Assembly: GCA_963169535.1 (NCBI GenBank)
Contig: CAUJED010000043.1
Span: forward strand, 237 to 64,236
Reading direction: 5' to 3'
DNA: 64,000 nucleotides
Source: Bacteroidota bacterium
GTDB lineage: Bacteria; Bacteroidota; Bacteroidia; Flavobacteriales_F; PHOS-HE28
Positions 61,872-64,000 of this stretch are shown piece by piece. Every line of letters begins with the position of its first letter. Position 1 is the first letter of the stretch. The translations under genes and the position numbers were made by a program. The notes beneath the pieces are model-generated. The model ran no database searches and was not told the origin of the DNA. It saw nothing but the letters and a program-made list of their open reading frames with translations.

Positions 61872-62719
61872 AGGACCTGGTGAACCTCAACGGTGTGCTG
61901 GTGCCCGGCGACGGTCCGGTGATCCCGTTGAAGAACCGGGGATTCCATTATGGCGATGGCCTCTTCGAGAGCATGCGCGTGGTGGAGGGCCGCGCCTGTT
62001 TCACCGATGCGCATTGGGCAAGGATGGTCACCGGTGCGGCATTGCTGCGGATCGGGCTCCCGAAGAACCTGGATCGCACCGCATTCGACAGGTACATCGA
62101 CGAACTGGTGAAACGCACGGGCATCGTGAACGGTCGCTGTAGGTTCACCCTCTTCCGCACCGGCGATGGTTTCTACAGACCTACCAGCAACGAGGGTGGT
62201 TTCGCCTTCGAGCTTTCTCCGCTGACGGAGCCTACCTATACCCTGAATACCCAGGGGTTGCTGGTGGATATCTGGCCTGGAATGCGGAAACCCGTCAACG
62301 ACCTGGCCCGGCACAAGACCCTCAATTGCCAGCTCTACGTGATGGGGTCGCTTTGGGCACAGGAGCATGGCCTGGATGATTGCATGCTTCAGAACGACCG
62401 GGGGAATATCATCGAGAGCAGTTCGGGCAATTTGTTCATCGTGAGCAATGGGGTCCTGTACACCCCCTCGCTCAGCGATGGCTGCGTGGGTGGGGTGATG
62501 CGTGCGCAGGTGATCAACCTGGCGCTTGCGAATGGTATCAAGGTGTACGAGTGCTCACTCAACCCACAGAACCTCCTGGCGGCCGATGAACTCTTCTTCA
62601 CCAATGCGGTGCAAGGGGTGCAGTGGGCGGGCGTCTACCGGACCAAACGCTATGCCCACCGGCTGGCCGGTGTGATCACCGGGCTGCTGGTGGAGGCCAC
62701 CCGTGTCAGTTCAGTGTAG
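61868..62719 (+). CDS. Aminotransferase class IV (branched-chain aminotransferase / ADC lyase family)
   Basis: ATG 61868 (ATGA overlap with the gmhB stop) inside track ORF 61514..62719. NRGFHYGDGLFESMRV, ESSSGNLFIV, ADELFFTNAVQGV. Confidence 0.88.
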   Translation: MKDLVNLNGVLVPGDGPVIPLKNRGFHYGDGLFESMRVVEGRACFTDAHWARMVTGAALLRIGLPKNLDRTAFDRYIDELVKRTGIVNGRCRFTLFRTGDGFYRPTSNEGGFAFELSPLTEPTYTLNTQGLLVDIWPGMRKPVNDLARHKTLNCQLYVMGSLWAQEHGLDDCMLQNDRGNIIESSSGNLFIVSNGVLYTPSLSDGCVGGVMRAQVINLALANGIKVYECSLNPQNLLAADELFFTNAVQGVQWAGVYRTKRYAHRLAGVITGLLVEATRVSSV

Positions 62720-63293
62720 GGTCTTCCGGAAAGTTCGCCAACGGCGCGAAGGGGCGCCCCATGTCGCGCAAGCTGGCGGCCCACAGGTCACTCGCATCCA
62801 CGGCCATGATCCGTTGTTTCGTGGCTTCGGCCACCAGCCATGACCGCTCTTTCAGCTCCCTGTTCAGTTGGTCCTTGCCCCAGCCTGAGTAGCCTACGAA
62901 GAAGCGGACATGCCGGGTGAGTTCCGGAGCGGCCGCAAGCAGGTCGCGCATCTGTTCGAAATCACCGCCGATGTACACCCCATCCACCACCTCTTCGCTG
63001 CCCTTCAACCGCGATCCCAAGGTATGCAGGTAGTACAGGTTGCTGCTTTGTACCGGGCCTCCGATCCCCACAGGAGCGCTCAAGGGAGGTAGGTTCTCCA
63101 AAAGGTCATTCACCCCCATGTCCGTCATCCGGTTCAATACGAATCCGAATGAACCCTCGCTGTCGTGGTCGCATAGCAGCACCACGGTACGTCGAAAGTA
63201 GGCGTCGGGTAGGTAAGGCTCGCTGATCAGCAACCGGCCGCGCGAGGGGGCCAGCGTACTTTCAGGGTCCAGTTCCAAAGGGTCGTTCGACAT
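62706..63293 (-). CDS. YqgE/AlgH-family protein (UPF0301)
   Basis: GRLLISEPYLPDAYFRRTVVLLCDHDSEGSFGFVLNR...VGIGGPVQ...FFVGYSGWGKDQLNREL. Confidence 0.9.
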   Translation of the reverse strand: MSNDPLELDPESTLAPSRGRLLISEPYLPDAYFRRTVVLLCDHDSEGSFGFVLNRMTDMGVNDLLENLPPLSAPVGIGGPVQSSNLYYLHTLGSRLKGSEEVVDGVYIGGDFEQMRDLLAAAPELTRHVRFFVGYSGWGKDQLNRELKERSWLVAEATKQRIMAVDASDLWAASLRDMGRPFAPLANFPEDPTLN

Positions 63294-63387
63294 TGGTGAG
63301 GGGGAAGGTACTCAGCTTTGTCGATCCACGGGAAGGAGACCCCAGGGCGGTCAGGTCTACTTTCCTGTGGATGGGTTCACGCAGAGG

Positions 63388-63405
63388 CGTAGGGAACGTA
63401 GGGAA
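63388..63405. repeat. Perfect tandem duplication cgtagggaa x2 in the algH-like/pdxH divergent spacer
   Basis: 63388-63396 equals 63397-63405. A third tagggaag copy lies at 63490-63497. Confidence 0.8.
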
Positions 63406-63574
63406 GAGTGCTTGTCGATCCGCCTTTGACGTACGGACCTGTTCTGTGTTCCGTGGACCTCTTTGTGGAACGTTCCTCACCCCGGCATATAGGGAAGCCC
63501 AATACGGCGGGACTTCAAGATGCGATAGCCCGGAAGGAGATCCTGCCTCGTGTGCCGAAGGAACCATGAACGGG

Positions 63575-63583
63575 GTAAATTCG
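63575..63583 (+). promoter_or_regulatory. Variant -7 box GTAAATTCG upstream of pdxH
   Basis: GGGGTAAATTCGCGG, 21 nt before ATG 63604. Confidence 0.4.
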
Positions 63584-63603
63584 CGGCATACAACGCAACG
63601 CGC

Positions 63604-64000
63604 ATGGCCACCCCGCTGAACCATCGTCTCGATTATGCGAAACTGAGCCTTACCGAGGAGGAGGCAGGCAATGATCCGATCGCCCTCTTTGCGCGGTGGA
63701 TGACCGCGGCCCAGGAGAGCGGAGTGGAAGAACCGCATGCAATGACCCTGGCCACCGCAGGCAGTCTCACGATCAGTTGTCGGGTGGTGCTACTGCGGTC
63801 GTTCGATGCCCGTGGCTTCGTGTTCTATACCAACTACAACAGCCGCAAGGCCATGGATCTGGAGCGTGATCCACGGGCGGCACTTAATTTCTACTGGCCT
63901 CAGCTCGAACAGCAGGTCCGTATCGAAGGGAAGGCCGAGCCCGTTACGGCCGAGGAGTCCGACGCCTACTTCGCTTCGCGACCGTTGGAAAGCCGGATCG
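63604..64000 (+). CDS. pdxH: Pyridoxamine 5'-phosphate oxidase, N-terminal ~132 codons (runs off the window end)
   Basis: Hand translation from ATG 63604: MATPLNHRLDYAKLSLTEEEAGNDPIALFARWMTAAQESGVEEPHAMTLATAG...RVVLLRSFDARGFVFYTNYNSRKAMDLERDPRAALNFYWPQLEQQVRIEGKAEPVTAEESDAYFASRP. Not in the track because no stop lies in the window. Confidence 0.9.
   Translation, partial: MATPLNHRLDYAKLSLTEEEAGNDPIALFARWMTAAQESGVEEPHAMTLATAGSLTISCRVVLLRSFDARGFVFYTNYNSRKAMDLERDPRAALNFYWPQLEQQVRIEGKAEPVTAEESDAYFASRPLESRI

Noticed and set aside
63525-63560. SRP (4.5S) RNA-like words CCGGAAGGA ... GTGTGCCG
   Set aside because: The spacing is far too short. The flanks cannot form the conserved helix-8 pairing around a GGAA tetraloop. 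The resemblance is limited to two short words.

Overview
GC-rich chromosomal segment that reads as Bacteroidota. Support: two proteins end in T9SS C-terminal sorting domains; DUF4476, DUF4159 and DUF58 families are present; the 2-oxoacid dehydrogenase E1 has fused alpha/beta subunits; S16 has a long Ala-rich tail; there are no Shine-Dalgarno-like leaders; TAnnTTTG -7 promoter boxes recur. I annotate 54 protein genes (two cut by the window edges and therefore absent from the ORF track) and 2 tRNAs (Asp-GTC, Met/Ile2-CAT). I also list promoter boxes, hairpin terminators and a few structured leaders. Content is mostly housekeeping: dnaE, trxA, rpsP-rimM, tsaD, tamB, ribBA, rsmE, gmhB, pdxH, a MacAB-type ABC efflux operon, and LptF/G with two GT4 glycosyltransferases. 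I saw no rRNA, CRISPR array, transposase, integrase or recognisable defence genes, so I cannot point to a clear-cut new system. Many long track ORFs are antisense or out-of-frame artefacts of GC-rich DNA, and several track starts are GTG/TTG that I moved to better-supported starts. Items most worth a second look: (1) a four-gene secreted/lipoprotein operon, 25712-30275 (DUF4476, TPR+CsgG-like, two LPP20-like); (2) a T9SS-exported lysyl-oxidase-like enzyme with intact catalytic residues; (3) a histone-H1-like Lys/Ala/Pro tail fused to a START-like domain; (4) four convergent gene pairs whose stop codons abut as the palindrome TGATCA; (5) -7 boxes placed 5-9 nt from start codons, implying leaderless mRNAs; (6) unexplained non-coding stretches beside tRNA-Met, at 13959-14360 and at 63294-63603. 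All homology calls are by-eye motif recognition, not database searches.
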